Shown here one piece after another: positions 1 through 13,204 of a stretch of 64,000 nt of DNA. The stretch covers positions 98,557 to 162,556 of the forward strand of contig NW_008246104.1 in assembly GCF_000281045.1 (NCBI RefSeq), read 5' to 3'. The notes beneath the pieces were generated by a model. It searched no databases, had not been told where the DNA came from, and worked only from the letters and a program-made list of their open reading frames with translations. The translations under genes and the position numbers were made by a program. The DNA is from Saprolegnia diclina VS20 (Eukaryota). Numbering within the stretch: the stretch's first letter is position 1; each line of letters starts with the position of its first letter.

Positions 1-153
1 CGTCGGCCATGCACCCTAGCCCTACTCAAGATTCCCCAATATTTTGCGTTTTCACGGCGAGGCGTGCGACATACGATGCAAGTATTGTCTATACGAGGCG
101 AATGCAAGGGACGTTTGGGTTATGCACATCACGTCCTCTCAAACTGAACGCAG

Positions 154-3002
154 TTACAGCTGCAGCACACACGAGAGCGCGACTTGCACGCGCGCGTCAA
201 CGTCAGCACGCGCGTCGAGGTTCGGGTACTGCTGCTCCAGCTGCATCTTGAGCTGCTCAATGGCCTCCAAGAGTCCCTTCTACTTGATCGTTCGTCATGA
301 CGAAGACAGAGAGAGGCAAGGTACTTGGATCGGCTGGAAGAGAATGGCTTCGGTCGACGGGTGCATGAGGTACGTGTGAATCGCGTCTCGGAGCTTGGGG
401 ATGTGTGTCTGCATGGTCTGCTCCAGCTCCACAAGCGCCGCTGCAACCACCGCTACAATAGTCGATGAGCAAGATTTCTACAGCGGCATTCGGCAAGCCT
501 ACGGAGCGGCGGTAGCGCTTTGGCGACTTGCGCCTACACCAGCATCGCACCAACTCGTTGACACGTCATCCTTTTACCTTGCGCAAGAGGGTCGAGAGCG
601 GCCGTGCGGCCATCAGCAGGCCAAACTCAATAAAGGTCGTGCACGCCTTTTTGAGTTCGTGCTCGAGGTCCTACGAAATCTATCTTCACCTTGTGCTTTA
701 TGCCATCGCACCTTTTTCACATCGGAGGTGGTCGTGTTGACGTGAGGAATGCCGTGCGTGAGCAGCCCCAGCACCGAGTTGTCGAGCGAGAGCGAAAAGG
801 CGTCCGAGAGCACATTGCCCATCGCATCTGCATGTGCACCTCCAGACCACATTTTCAGATTCGGGCGTACCGGTCGTCGAAGTAAAGTCCAGACTCTTCT
901 CGGTGATTGAGAACTGAATGTCGAACGGCGTGATGCGCTCGCGCAGCGTCAAGAGGTGCTTGACGAGGAAGAGCCCGCCGTCGCACGGGCCCTACATGTC
1001 GGTCACAATGAGGTTTCTCAAAAATGCAAGACCTTTTGCGCTGTGAGGTCGGCGGCCGCCATTTTCAGCGACGCGGTGCAGATCGAAACAGCGTCTTGCG
1101 CGAGCTCGGTAAAGATATGCATCTACGCACAACCTCTGTCCCCATTCAAGTCCGAGACAAGTAGTTGTACGTGGAGGTAGCGGTACACCTTGGAGAGACA
1201 CATGAGCGTGTGCTCGAGCGTCGGGTACCACGTTGCATACACGGACGTCGCTACGCTTGGACATGCGGTCGATTCTCTCGGAAACGATACAAGTACCTTG
1301 GAGCTTGGCGGGGTAGTCGAGGTCGGATGGCGACGGGTAAAAGCCCTCGATCTCGTCACGAATGAACTTTTGCGTGCAGAGTATAAGGCGCTCCTGCGCA
1401 TCCCCGACCATGCGCTCGATCGCCGCCTCGAGGACCTCGGTGGCAACGCCTAGTATCGCTCTCAAGATCGCGCGGCTAAGGAGGAGCGAGAACCTCGCGG
1501 ACGAATCTGCGCTTCCATGATTTCGCTGCGAAGCACTTCGATCGACTCGCAGAGAATTTCCAGGTCTTGCTCGTGGATCATGCGCGGGCGAATGCACTGG
1601 TACAGAGGGTAGCACAGTTGCAGCACGAGGCGCCTACGACCGACGCTGAGACAAGGTTGACAAGAAACCAACTCGATACTGGAATGCATTGCCATCGAGC
1701 TCGTCGGCGGCCACGTCGTCGTCGTCGTCGTCCTCGTAGAGTGGCGTCGAGGCAAAGATGGACGCGCTTGGCGGCGCGCCAAACATATTTGTGAACAAAG
1801 TGTGCTCGGCTTGACACATGCGCACGAGGAATTGGCAGCCCACGCGCAGCTAGTATCAATGTATCAACTTTCAAAAAGGCAAAAATCGGTGTGTACCACG
1901 TGGACGAGGTCCGATGTCGACCCGTCGAGCGCATGGAGGTGCGTTGTGACTGCAGGTAGAAGCAACGCGACGCGCTGGCCCACATACGCATCGAGCACGT
2001 CCAGCATAAACTGCTCTGAGCTACATAAAATATGAGAAAAATACCGCAAAATTCAAAATCGGACCCTGGTGTGACGGTTCGCTGCTCCAAATGCTTGGCA
2101 ATCGCTTGGCATGCGGGCGCAGCAACCTGGAACTGGGCGTAGTACGTCGAGGCCGGGTCCAGAATATCGGCGTGCACCGTCTACGAGCAGAACAATGAGA
2201 GCGAGAGGGACCTCGAGATGTACCCGCTTGGAGTTGGCTGCGGCCACATGATCCTTGGCCGACTCGAGGGCGGCGATCGCATAGTCCTTGAGGCAGTGCG
2301 ACGCATGCAAAAGGAGCTGGTTGTATGCGGCAAGGTACATCTCGGTGTCCTTGAATTCCATCTACTCATAGCTTGCATGAGATTCCCATCGATAGCGCAT
2401 ATTGTGCGTACGTGCTCCTGGAGGTACCCCGTACACTCGTCGATGACGCGAATGGCCTCGGTGAACGCAGGAGCAGTCGGGTCGATCGTGCCAAACGTGT
2501 AGGGCCGCACGTGTACATGCACGGACGCGTCGGGCTTGGACGAAAAGTCAATGTGGCTTCCGAGGCTTTTGGCAAGCGACGAGATGCGCGTAAAGTACGG
2601 CAGCGGCGTCGACATGGCCTTGAGCTTCCCCTCGAGTGCATCGAGCTCGTGGAGGAGTGTCTCAAAGCTTTCGTAGAGGGCGCCGGTGAGCGCAACAACC
2701 GACGCATGGCGATCTTCCATCTCCTGGAGCAAGCCCAAAGACGCCTGCGTATGCTCGACCACTGCGTTGCTTGCGTTCACGCACGCCACCGCGCGCTGGT
2801 GGAAGGCGTCGACAGCCGGTGGCAGCAGCGGTGCCGTCGCCGACGCAGTCGACACGTGCGATGCGTAGTAGTTCTTGAGGCTCATGGGCGCCTTGGAAAA
2901 CGCTGTCGTTGCATCTTTCGCAGACGTCGCCCCAAGGTGCTGTTGCCACACGCGCTCCAAGCTCGCAAGGAGCGCTTCCTGCTCCGTCGTCAGCAGAGCC
3001 AT
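154..3002 (-). CDS. COG3: Conserved oligomeric Golgi complex subunit 3 (Sec34), multi-exon
   Basis: ATG at 3002 (MALLTTEQE) and TAA at 154-156. Exons encode [49 protein letters not shown] and [21 protein letters not shown], typical of COG3. Many short GT-AG introns. Confidence 0.88.
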
Positions 3003-4154
3003 CGTTGCCAAGTGGCACCGTTTCCGGACAGCCGGATAACGTTGAGATTCTGCCAATCGCCGCCATTACACGTGGCAGCCCCCACACCCAGAAGCGTTGT
3101 ACGTCAGCTCCTCGGCATTCAAAGGTAAAATAGCGGCCTAATCAATCACCTCGTACATTCAAGCGTAATATTTCGCTGTCCGTGCAACCTTGGCGCTGCT
3201 ACGAACCAGCGCCTCGTCGTGTCGTAATAATAAGGTGAATGTTTTTGCGGAGGATATTTGACCGCGCACCCTCGACCGGCACACGGCCCACATGGACACA
3301 AGAGCAGCACGTGGCTCGTTCAGCGACGCTTGCGATGCTTTCGCTCTACCGAACGTAGCACTGTAGCCCTCCTCGGCGTCGCCTGCGGACAAGAGCTAGT
3401 CGAAGCCCGTCACATTGCTTGCAGGCATCGCCTCATGCTTCCGACGACCGAGGCGGGGTTGTGTATGCGACTGCGCGGGCAGTAACGTTCGATGCAGCCG
3501 TTCTGTTGGCTTCCACGTCCTCGATCCTGCAACGCCAGCGCAGATACGCGCTCATTGTGTCGTCGCCGCTTGACATGGCGAGGCTCTTTCAACACCAACA
3601 CGACCAGCTCCTTTTGAAAGCAGCCTCACACCATCCAACCGCATCGTCGTATGGCAATCAATGGTGAGCCCAGATGGACCGGTGGACGCTACCACGACCA
3701 CAGTCATCAAGGAAGCTTGGTTGATCCGACCGACTGCACTTTAATTCCAGTTCCAGCGCCCGCGTCCCGTCCGAAGCGCCGTCGACACGTCCGGTCCATC
3801 GATCGAAGCGTGGCCACTTCGCCGTCGTCGCCAGGTCCGCTCGGCGCCAGCCGGTCGGGCCGCACTTTCTCGGAATTTAAAAAATGAGATCCTGTGGTCA
3901 CCGTATTTAAATGCGTGCGATACTCCTCCCATACAAATCCTGATACAAAAAACGATCACATCAGAGGATCGGCAAAAAAATATCTCAATTTGCGCTCTCG
4001 TAGCATTTGTTACAGGTATAGGTTTCATTTCATTGGCTAAAAAGCGACCAATCGCGCGCAATCGAAGCCGCCAAAATTCCACCCTCCGTCTTGCCCACAA
4101 ATTAATATTTCGGGATTTGCGCTGCCGAGGCGACTTGACGACGCCGAGCACGGA

Positions 4155-7100
4155 ATGGCCACCGACAAGTACGCGATGAACGCGACGCCGGCCGGGAAGG
4201 TCGAGACCGAGATGTCGGACGACAACAGCATCAAGGTCTTTGGCTGGATGCACAAGCAGGGCACGCGCGCCTTCAAAGGTACGCGCTTCCAGCGGTAGGT
4301 CGCATGCCCATGCTGCGCCATGTAGGGCCCGTGGCCAAGAGCTGGCGCCGCCGCTTCTTTTGCCTTGAAGGCAACAAGATCTACTACTTCCACGAGCCGG
4401 TCGATGCGCGCAAGTACTTCAACTCGCGCAAGAGCGAGCTCTGCATTGGCACGGTCGACCTTCGCGGCGCGTTCAAGCTCGAGCAGAGTTCGCGCCTCGA
4501 TTTGCCGTCCAAGGGTATCGAGATCCACACCAAGCGCCGCGTGTGGCTGCTGTGCCCAGAGACGGACGCCGACTTCAACATGTGGTTCGATGCCCTCGAA
4601 ATGATTATCATCACGGCCGGCAGCGGCAACGTCGTCGTGCGCCAGCTCCCGAACGTGCGCGAATACGTCATGAAGGGTCGCACGAGGTACTACTACCTCC
4701 CGTTTCTCCATGATGGCCAGCTCATGCTGCGTCTAGTTACCGCTTCTTCTACTTTTTGTTTCTCATCACGGCCATCGTCGAGCTCGCGGGTATCATCTTG
4801 TGGTTCCCGCTTGGCATCGAGCCGTGCGATCTTCTCCACCGCAACGACACGTGTGTCAACATCTTCAAGCGCTACTCGGCCGAGAACCAGCCCGTGTGCG
4901 TATCGCTGTCGACTGTCTCTTCCGAGTCTCATGATGGCCTGTAGCTGCGGCCCAAAGCCGTTCAATGGCATGTGGAACCCGCCTCAGTGGTACTGGACGC
5001 AGGCCGGCATGACCAACGTGCAGTGCTTCCGCGAGCCCGTCCTCGCGCACTGGGTCTCGTACTTTATGTTCTACTTTGCCGAGTTTATCTCGATCTTGCT
5101 CGGCGCGCTCTACTACCTCGGGATGTGGAAGCCCGTGCGTCGTGGCGCGCAGTACCTCAAGGACTTCAACCCGCCTTTTCCCTCGGACAAGGTACCCATC
5201 CCTATTTCCTCTTGCAGTACCATCATCACATGCATGTAGTGGCCGTCGGTCGACATTCTGCTGTGTCATTACGCCGAGCCGGCCGAGGACACGATGGCGA
5301 CGCTCGACGCGATCCTGAAGCTCGACTACCCGCCCGAGAAGCTCCACGTGTACATTTGCGACGACGGCGCGTTCAAGACCAAGTTTACGCCCGGAAACCC
5401 GATCCCCGACGTCATTGTCAACCAGGGCGTCATCGAGAACGCGGGCGACGTGCGCTACGAGCTCGCCCACTTTATGTACGAGAAGGTGCTCGACCTCGAC
5501 GGCGACGGCCAAGGCATTGGTTACACGCGTGCGGCCGAGATGGAGGTCAACGAGTGGCGCCGGTCGCACACGACTGTCAAGCTCCCGACCCCCGAGAACC
5601 CGCGCGTGTGCGAGCGCGTCGACTGCGCGATCGGCTCGGAGCGCGACGACTACGACTACCGGTACGCAGGTCTGCCGCGCGTGACGTTTGTCGGTCGCGT
5701 CAAGCCGCCGACGCACCACTCCAAGGCCGGCAACATCAACAACGTGCTCTACAACGAAAAGGCCTCGGGCCAGTACGCGATCATCCTCGACAACGACATG
5801 AAGCCGCACCCGATGTTCGTGCAAGCGACGCTGCCCTTCTTTTTCGACTCGCCGTCGTCGACCAAGACCTTTCGCTGCTCGGCGCCGGGCTGCTCGGACA
5901 TTGCCAAGATCTCGTGCACGCTGTGCGTCCAGGCCGGCGTGCCCGAAGCCAACATTAGCTACTGCTCGAAGGAGTGCTTTGACGCGGCCAACCATGCCAA
6001 GTCGGACATCCACCGCCGCCAGACGCGGTCGAGCCGCGCGAAGCGCACGCAGTGCTCGGGCTGCGGCGGGACGGTCAACCAAAAGACGGGCGAGTGCAAG
6101 AGCTGCCACAACAACTATGGCCGGCGCAGCTCGATTGGCACGGTCCAGAACAACCAAGTGATGCTCGCGATGGACGACCACTACTCGGACGACGTGCGGA
6201 AGAACCAAGTCGGCTACGTGCAGACGCCCCAGTACTTTGAAGACTGCCTCCAGCTCCGCCTCGGCGACCCGTGCGGCCACCGGAACTCGACGTTCTTTGA
6301 TTCGGCGCAGACGGGCATGGACGGCTACGAGTGTGCGTCGTTTGCCGGGACGAACGCGATCTTTCGCCGGTCGGCGCTCGACTCGGTCTCGGGCATTGCG
6401 TACGGGTCGCTGACCGAAGATGCGTTCACGGGCAAGCTCATGATTGACAAGGGCTGGAAGGGCCTCTACTTCCGCAAGGACTTCGAAGGCGAAGAAGGCG
6501 ACCGCATTCGCTTGGCCGAAGGCGCAGTGCCCGAGACGGTCGCTGCGAGTCTGGCGCAGCGCAAGCGCTGGGCCAAGGGCAACTTCCAGATCTTTTTGCG
6601 CCGGAAAAAGTCGCTCGTGGACCCGACGTGGTCGCCGCCGACGGTCGAGCTGCCGCCACCCCGCAAGGTCAACCGCTTCATGCGCTGGGTCTTCTTCATG
6701 AACCTCACGATCTATCCGATCGGGTCGTTCCCGGCGCTCTTCTTCTTTTACATCACCGGGTATTTCTTGTACTCTGGGAATGCGCCCATCTACACGGCGG
6801 GTCTCCGCCTCCTTGTCGCGCTTGTGCCCAAGATTGTCATCCAGACGATCCTCTCGGCCATGATGAACCGGACGGTCGACAACAACGACGTGATGCGCAG
6901 CCAAGAGACGTGGTTCTCGTACGCGTTTGTGCACGTCGTCGCTGTCTTTGACGCGATCTACTGGAAGATCACGGACAAGGAGGCGGCGTGGGCCAACACG
7001 GGCGCGCTCGGCGGCAACTCGACGATGGAGCTTCCCAACGTCTTTGTGTTCTTTGCGATCGTCTTTGGCGTGATCTGGAGCGTCGTCCGCTTCTTTGTCG

Positions 7101-7345
7101 GCTACAACAACGCCGAGACGACGCACGGCACGCCGCTTGTGTTTGGCTCGCTCTTCCTCGGCATCTTCACGGCGAGCCAGCTCGGCCCGATGGTGCGCAT
7201 GTCGCTCCAGACGTACTTTGGCTGGAGCCACAAGAGTCTGACGGACCAAGGCAACGTGGTCGGCTCGTTTGGCCTCGCGATTGTCCTCTCGATCATCTGC
7301 CTCTGGGTGTACATTGAGACGCCGCACACCAACTTTTGGGGCTAA
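4155..7345 (+). CDS. CesA: Oomycete cellulose synthase (GT2) with N-terminal PH domain
   Basis: MATDKYAMN start and PH domain (GWMHKQG...WRRRFFCL...WFDAL). Catalytic motifs DDG, HSKAGNIN, DND, QTPQ, TED and QRKRW, followed by C-terminal TM helices. Intron 1 is 4279-4326. Paralogue number not assigned. Confidence 0.95.
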
Positions 7346-7395
7346 GTCTTGCCATTACATAACCTCATGCCATCTTGATTTTTCATCTTGGGACT

Positions 7396-8112
7396 TTACA
7401 ATGTCTGCGATGGGCTCAGCACGAGCATGGTCGCCTGGCGCGCGTACTGCACGGTCTGGTCGGCCTTGGCGTCCTGTCAAGAAGCATAGGAGATGAGCGT
7501 CGAGAAACATGGCATACCTCGATGGAGGGAAAGATCCGCTCAATGTCGTCGAGCTCGGCGTCCCGCAGCGACTTGAAGAGCTACGCGAGCATGAGGGACC
7601 AGCGGGGATGCAGTGTTGATGCATACCTCTTTGAGCGGCGCTGCCTCGGGCGCGTTGTCGAGCTCGGCGTAGATCTCGCGGATCTGGTCGTTGTAGTAGT
7701 CGGCGATCGCGAGCTTGACGCCGGCCGCGTACGACTGGCTTGTTGTGGGCGAGAGCGTGCGTAGGACGGTGCCAAAGGTCGCGCTCGCAACGGCCGCGAA
7801 CGGCTGCAAGAGGCTCGGGCGGAAGCGGTACGCCGACGAGTTCTTGGTAAATTCTTCCAGCACAGCGTGGTTCTTGCGCTCCGTGGCCGAGAGCTCCTAC
7901 ACTCCGGTCGCATCTACACTAGGATCCTCATTGCCAGGTCGGTATACCTCGAGGAGCGGCGTGGCGGTCGACTGCTGCGCACCGAGGAGGTGCACGGACG
8001 CCGCATGTGACAGGTGGCCCTGGCGCAGCATGCTGCTCACGAGGCAACTCTTGGCGGCCGGGCGCTGGAAGGCCGGGGCTACTCGGACGCAGCCTCGCTC
8101 GAGCCAATTCAT
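7396..8112 (-). CDS. COQ7/CLK-1-like ferritin-fold protein, degenerate iron ligands
   Basis: Spliced product contains RPSLLQPFAAVASATFG...AIADYYNDQIREI...LFKSLRDAELDD and ends QYARQATMLVLSPSQTL*. This resembles COQ7 RPT-LLP-W...I-EHYN-QLR-L...FRDEELEH. Last intron is 7474-7517. Start codon uncertain. Confidence 0.65.
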
Positions 8113-9657
8113 GCGGATCAGAAATGAAATTCCGAAACCTGCGTCTCTGCATACTCTGAATATGCGTTCTCAGAGGTAGGATCTTCAGCCGCGTTCGGCG
8201 TCAAGTAAGTCGCGATTAGGGTCCCTCGCCGGCGAGTATAGACCATGCGTATGTACTAACTATGATCGATGAGAGTCTCGTCGTCGTCGCCCCGACCATT
8301 CGATACAGTGTCAACGACTAGTGCTCCCGACGCTTGCTCTCTCTTACTGTCCACCGCGTCGAAATCCTCCCAGCGAGAAATAGGTTGCAGGTTGTACAGT
8401 ACGACGCGCGCAGTTGAGGGCGCTGGAATGATCGCACAGCGATGCGTGGCGGGCGCATGGCGCCAGCCTGCTGCTGGACACCGTGCGACGGCCGCACTGG
8501 CGGTATTTGTAGGAGCTGGCGGTATGCGTTGAGGTGTAAGCGTTGCGGTGTGGGTGCGAAGTCCACGTCAAGCGGACGCGCGGTCCCGCATCTCGGTGCT
8601 GAAGTTGCTCACGTGACGACACGGAGATGATACTTTTTTTGCTGACGTCAAACGACAGCAGGGGTAGCTAACAGTACTCGCGAGCAACGGCGTCACAACA
8701 GCCAAAACGAGCGTCTGCGCGGTACTCACAGCGCGGGCGGCGACGGCGGGAGGCCATCGAGGCCGAGATCGCCTCAACGTGTGGCCAGGAGCGACCTTCT
8801 TACCACGGCAATCCACTTGGCACCCAGTAATTTCGCGACCAGGTGGCGGCGCAGGTGCGTCTACGGCCAGCTGGCGGCAGCTAATTTTCACCTCACGGCC
8901 AACTTGAGCTTGAGTATGCTCGAGAAATTCGAAGGCCTTGGTTCTCGCCAGCTGCGACGACCCACCCTGATTCGGCGCCGGTGAACGTGGCCTTCGTGTC
9001 TTTGCCTCCCGCCGCGTCTGCCTCGTCCGGCCGCCGCATCACACACCAGTCCCTTCTTCTTCTTGTCTCTCAACGATCGAGTATTCGCGGCTACTTGTGC
9101 GATATGCCCATGTTTTTCGAAAAGGCAACCGGGGGGTTTCCAGTCAACAGGTTGTTGAGATTCGCGTGGGACGACGTCATCGTCCTCATCTTCATCTTGG
9201 GTGCGACTTGGCTCGCGCCCGAGACGCCTCTCAATGGTCGATAACACTTGCTCTTTGTATGGACGCCAAGGTGCCAAGCGCAGGCAGGTCCGACGCCAAA
9301 CTCAGAAGCGGTCGGATTTTTCACATTCAACTCTTGGGTCCGTTCGGTGCGGTATTTATTTTTATAGTGTTTTTAACGCAAGATCGCGATCTCTTGAGAA
9401 AAAAAAATACCCGCCGGGTGGTGCGCGCTCATACAAATACCAAATGCGAGCTGCGCGCTTCAACAACGGCGCGCATGGATAGTCGTTTTGTAATTGCGTT
9501 CGCTTGTGAATAAAAATCGGGTGAAAATAAAATGCATTCGAACGCTGTCATTTGGTTTCCAAAGTGGCACTCTGCAATTGGCATCCTCCGCGGTAGATCA
9601 TCATTAGGAGCGGGCGTCGTTCCTTGAAGCAGTATCCTCCCAAGTAGACGACGCAAG

Positions 9658-11190
9658 ATGGACATGGAGCTCGACTCGCGAGAAGAGTCGTCGCTGCGCG
9701 GCTTCCTCGGCGGCCAGTTCGCCCACGGCCTCCACGCGATCGACACGCGCGGCCACGACGACGAGGGCGAGAGCTACTACGGGTACGCGCGCGACCGCGT
9801 CGAGAGCTACCACGGCGACCGCCCGGACGATAAGAACTGGATGTACCCGACCAAGGTGGACGCGACGCGCCTCCAACGGAGTAGCAGCTACCCGACTGAG
9901 TCGTTTGCGCCGACGATCTACCGCAAGGAGACCAAGCAGACGTCGTCGACGCCGGACTTTGCGATAGCGTACACCCCGACGTCGTCGCGGTCGGGCCACC
10001 CCAACATTAGCCCGACCAATGGCATGTCGCCGTTCCGCGGCCACGACGAGGTCGCCAACGGTATCATGAACTCGACGTCGATCCCCGAGGTCGGCAACAA
10101 TGACACGCAAAAGCACCTGCGCTCCAAGAACCTACCGTCGAGCATCCTTTTCAACTCGGGGCGGTGGTCTATCGAAGAGCACAACCGGTTCGTCCAAGGC
10201 CTTGGCGCGTTCCCGCACGGCGTCCTGAACCGATGGCGCAAGATCTCCAAGGCCGTGGGCACCCGGACCGTGCTCCAGACGCGGACGCATGCGCAAAAGT
10301 TTTTCCGGAAGCTCCAAAAGCAGGACGAGCTCAAGGCCATGAACGACGACGAGAACTACCTCCCGAACGGCGATGAGGTCAAGTCGACCAAGACGAGCAA
10401 GGTCAAGCCCACCGGCGTGTCCTACTCGGGGCTCAAGACGAAAGAAGAGCCGTCGTACGCTTCTGCCAACGCCACTGGCCGCCTCTCGGACCCTGGCACG
10501 TACGAAGCGTCCAACTCGGGACGGTCCCTCACGCCGCTGAGCAACATCACCGAGCATCATATGAGTCGGTCGTACAACCAGGCGCCGCAGCAGTCGTCGA
10601 CGGGCCACCACGCGTCGCCCCCGAGCGCCTTTCCGTCCAACCTCTTTCCAAGCATCTCGATCCCGCCGTCGACGAACGCTCACCTGGCGTCTTCGATTGC
10701 GACGCCGACGACCGAGTCGAGCCGCGCTTTCTCCAACATGAGTCTAGGGCCGCGTACGTCTGCGTCGCCCGCGCCGGCGTCGTACCCACCGACGCGCGGC
10801 AACGACCAGTGGGTCGACTGGCTCCTGAGCAACATTGACACGATCGTGACCAAGAACGGGCGCCAGCCCAACGACGACGGCCGCCCGAGTGCCAAGTCGG
10901 ACGCTGCCGGGTACCTCCGCGCCGGGCGGGCCTTTCGCAGTGCGTCCGAGTCGGCCGTACCGTCGCTGCACTACCGCCAAGACACGAGTGAGCCGTCGCA
11001 GTCGCAGCACGGGTCCTGGGAGGTGTACCCGTCCGCGTACAACAACAGCAACAGCAATGTCAACCACCATGGGAGCAACAACTACTACCGGGACGACGAC
11101 GAGCACGACCAGCACGGCGGGTCGCCGCACGACCAGCAGCAGCAGTTCTACGACGGGCACGCCAAGTACTCGATGTCGAGCGGCGACTAG
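9658..11190 (+). CDS. Single-repeat Myb (SHAQKYF class) transcription factor
   Basis: Intronless 510 aa ORF with GRWSIEEHNRFVQGL...WRKISKAVGTRTVLQTRTHAQKFF and low-complexity Ser/Pro flanks. Confidence 0.92.
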   Translation: MDMELDSREESSLRGFLGGQFAHGLHAIDTRGHDDEGESYYGYARDRVESYHGDRPDDKNWMYPTKVDATRLQRSSSYPTESFAPTIYRKETKQTSSTPDFAIAYTPTSSRSGHPNISPTNGMSPFRGHDEVANGIMNSTSIPEVGNNDTQKHLRSKNLPSSILFNSGRWSIEEHNRFVQGLGAFPHGVLNRWRKISKAVGTRTVLQTRTHAQKFFRKLQKQDELKAMNDDENYLPNGDEVKSTKTSKVKPTGVSYSGLKTKEEPSYASANATGRLSDPGTYEASNSGRSLTPLSNITEHHMSRSYNQAPQQSSTGHHASPPSAFPSNLFPSISIPPSTNAHLASSIATPTTESSRAFSNMSLGPRTSASPAPASYPPTRGNDQWVDWLLSNIDTIVTKNGRQPNDDGRPSAKSDAAGYLRAGRAFRSASESAVPSLHYRQDTSEPSQSQHGSWEVYPSAYNNSNSNVNHHGSNNYYRDDDEHDQHGGSPHDQQQQFYDGHAKYSMSSGD

Positions 11191-11619
11191 TCGCCTTGCC
11201 TTTAGGCTGCCATTTTCGCCCTGCCCCGGGGCCTTGTATGCGCGTGGTTTTGGTTTTGTTATTTATTGAATATATATATTGGCGCCTAGTTCTCCGTTCT
11301 TATTTCGTTGTGCACAATCTGACTGCACGACTGTAGTGTTCCTTGTCGTTCGTCGTCAAAGCTTCAACAAGGTGGCAGCTCTGATCAGGCTTTTGGATGA
11401 CATGACCAGCATCTGCTTCGGCTACAGCGCAGCTGGAGATGTGAGGACGATGCAGCAGGAAGGTCCTGCAGCTCATTTCTGATTGCTGCGTGTGGTCGTC
11501 TTCTGGCGGATGATGCAGGAGGCAGGATTTGCGCGTTCTGATTGGCGCAACGTGGCAGCTATATATAGCACATTTGGCAACGGGCTTTTGGCTTGTATCC
11601 CGAAATACACCTCGCCGCC

Positions 11620-13204
11620 ATGGTCGGGGGCCGCGTGAGCAACATGGGCCTCGCGGGCAAGGAGATCGTGTCGACGACGGTTGTGCACGCGAACGACCTC
11701 GAGCGCATCCGGCAGCAGTCGGCCATCGTCACGGACCGCGACATGGCGCTGCGCCTCAAGGCCAACGAGCAGGCCAAGATGGCGTCGCGGGCGAGCGCGC
11801 AGGAGCGCAAGAACCGCATGGTCGAGAAAGAGCTCCAAGTGCGCACGCGCCGCGAGCAGTACGCGACGCAGATGGAGCTCGAGGCCGAGCGCCACTCGCT
11901 TCTGACGAAAGACGACCTGCAGCGCCACGCCCATTTGGACTCGGTCAAGTACATTCAGTCGCTTGTCGCCAAAGCGAGCGCTGCCACAGGCTGCGACGGA
12001 CAGCTCCGCGAGCAAGCCGAGACGCGGCAGCACGAGGCCGCGTACAACCAGCGCCTCGACCGCCTCATGGACGCCGACCGCACGCGGGACCTGCTCGCCC
12101 GCGACGAAGCCGAAAAAGTGGCCCGGGAGAAGCGCGTCGCTGCGCGAAAGATGCTGGAAGGTACATTGGCGTGTGTATTATTGCATGGCCTCATGAACAG
12201 CGACCAGGCCAAATCCTCGAGCACCAAAAGCAGCAGATCCGAGAGGAGGAAGCCAAGGCGATCGAGGCCAAGAAGATTCTACAAGTGTACAAACAATACG
12301 AAGTCGAAGAGCAGGCCAAAGTCGCCGCCCATCGCGTAATCTCTATTGCTCGCCAATGACGCAGCAGCTCAACGTCCGTTGCAGGTCCAAGTCCAGCACA
12401 CGTTGCAGCAGATCGCCGTCACGAACGAAGAGATCAAGCAAATGAAGGCCGATGCGATCGCGCAAGAAGTACGTTCTATACAAGCCAAGCATGACTCGAC
12501 AGCTTCTGCTCGGTAGCGACACGAAGAGCAAGTCGCGGCCAAGTACCTCCGCGACAAGGCCCGCGAAGAGGAGCGGTTGCTCAACGAGAAGGCAGCGATC
12601 CGCAAGTCCCAGGAACTACGCACCGCCAAGCTCCGTGCCCAGCAGGAAAAAGCCCAAGACAAGCAACTCGCGCAGGACGAGTTCAAGGCCAAGAAGGCTT
12701 TCGAGGCCAACGAGAAAGCTATGCGGCAAAAGGAGGCCGACGAGAAGCGCCTCAAGCGCGAGCTCGCCGAGACGATCGACCGCGAGCGCAAGGAGCAGGA
12801 GGCCCGGAAACGAGACGAGCAAAGGTACATTGAGCAGCAAGAGAAGCGAACGAACGACGTCGGCAAACGTATTCTCGAGCGGGTATTTGGGTCGTTGCTT
12901 CGCGAAGCTATTTAATTTGATGTCGTAGGAAGATGCCAAGAAGCGATTGGAGAAGGAGCAGCGGGACGAAGCCCATGCACAGTACCTCCTTCGACTCAAC
13001 CAGCAGTTTGACGACAATGCGACGCGGCGCAAGAACAAGGCGGCGCTTGAGACGAACGCCAACGCGCAAAACGTCAAGAAGATGGCCAAGGAGCTCATCG
13101 TCGTCGACAAGATCCGACAGGACGCACTCCAGAAACTGCAAAAACAAGGTGTTCCCGAAGCCTACCTGCGCGATCTCCAGCGACTCGACATTCAAAAACT
13201 ATAG
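11620..13204 (+). CDS. CFAP45: Cilia- and flagella-associated protein 45-like (TPH coiled coil), multi-exon
   Basis: Long charged coiled coil with RLDRLMDADR and ELRTAKLRAQQEKAQDKQLAQDEFKAKK. C-terminus ALQKLQKQGVPEAYL resembles the CFAP45/CCDC19 tail. Confidence 0.72.

Noticed and set aside
3258..3887. Short ORFs between COG3 and CesA
   Set aside because: No coherent exon chain or homology signal. More likely a divergent promoter or UTR.
4155..4640. PH domain fused to cellulose synthase as a novelty
   Set aside because: Already an established feature of oomycete CesA1, CesA2 and CesA4.
4865..7327. 820 aa minus-strand ORF
   Set aside because: Antisense shadow of CesA. GC-rich codon usage removes stops on the opposite strand, and it has no domain motifs.
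8888..9330. Possible small minus-strand gene upstream of the Myb gene
   Set aside because: Non-ATG start, no consistent splice model and no recognisable motif.
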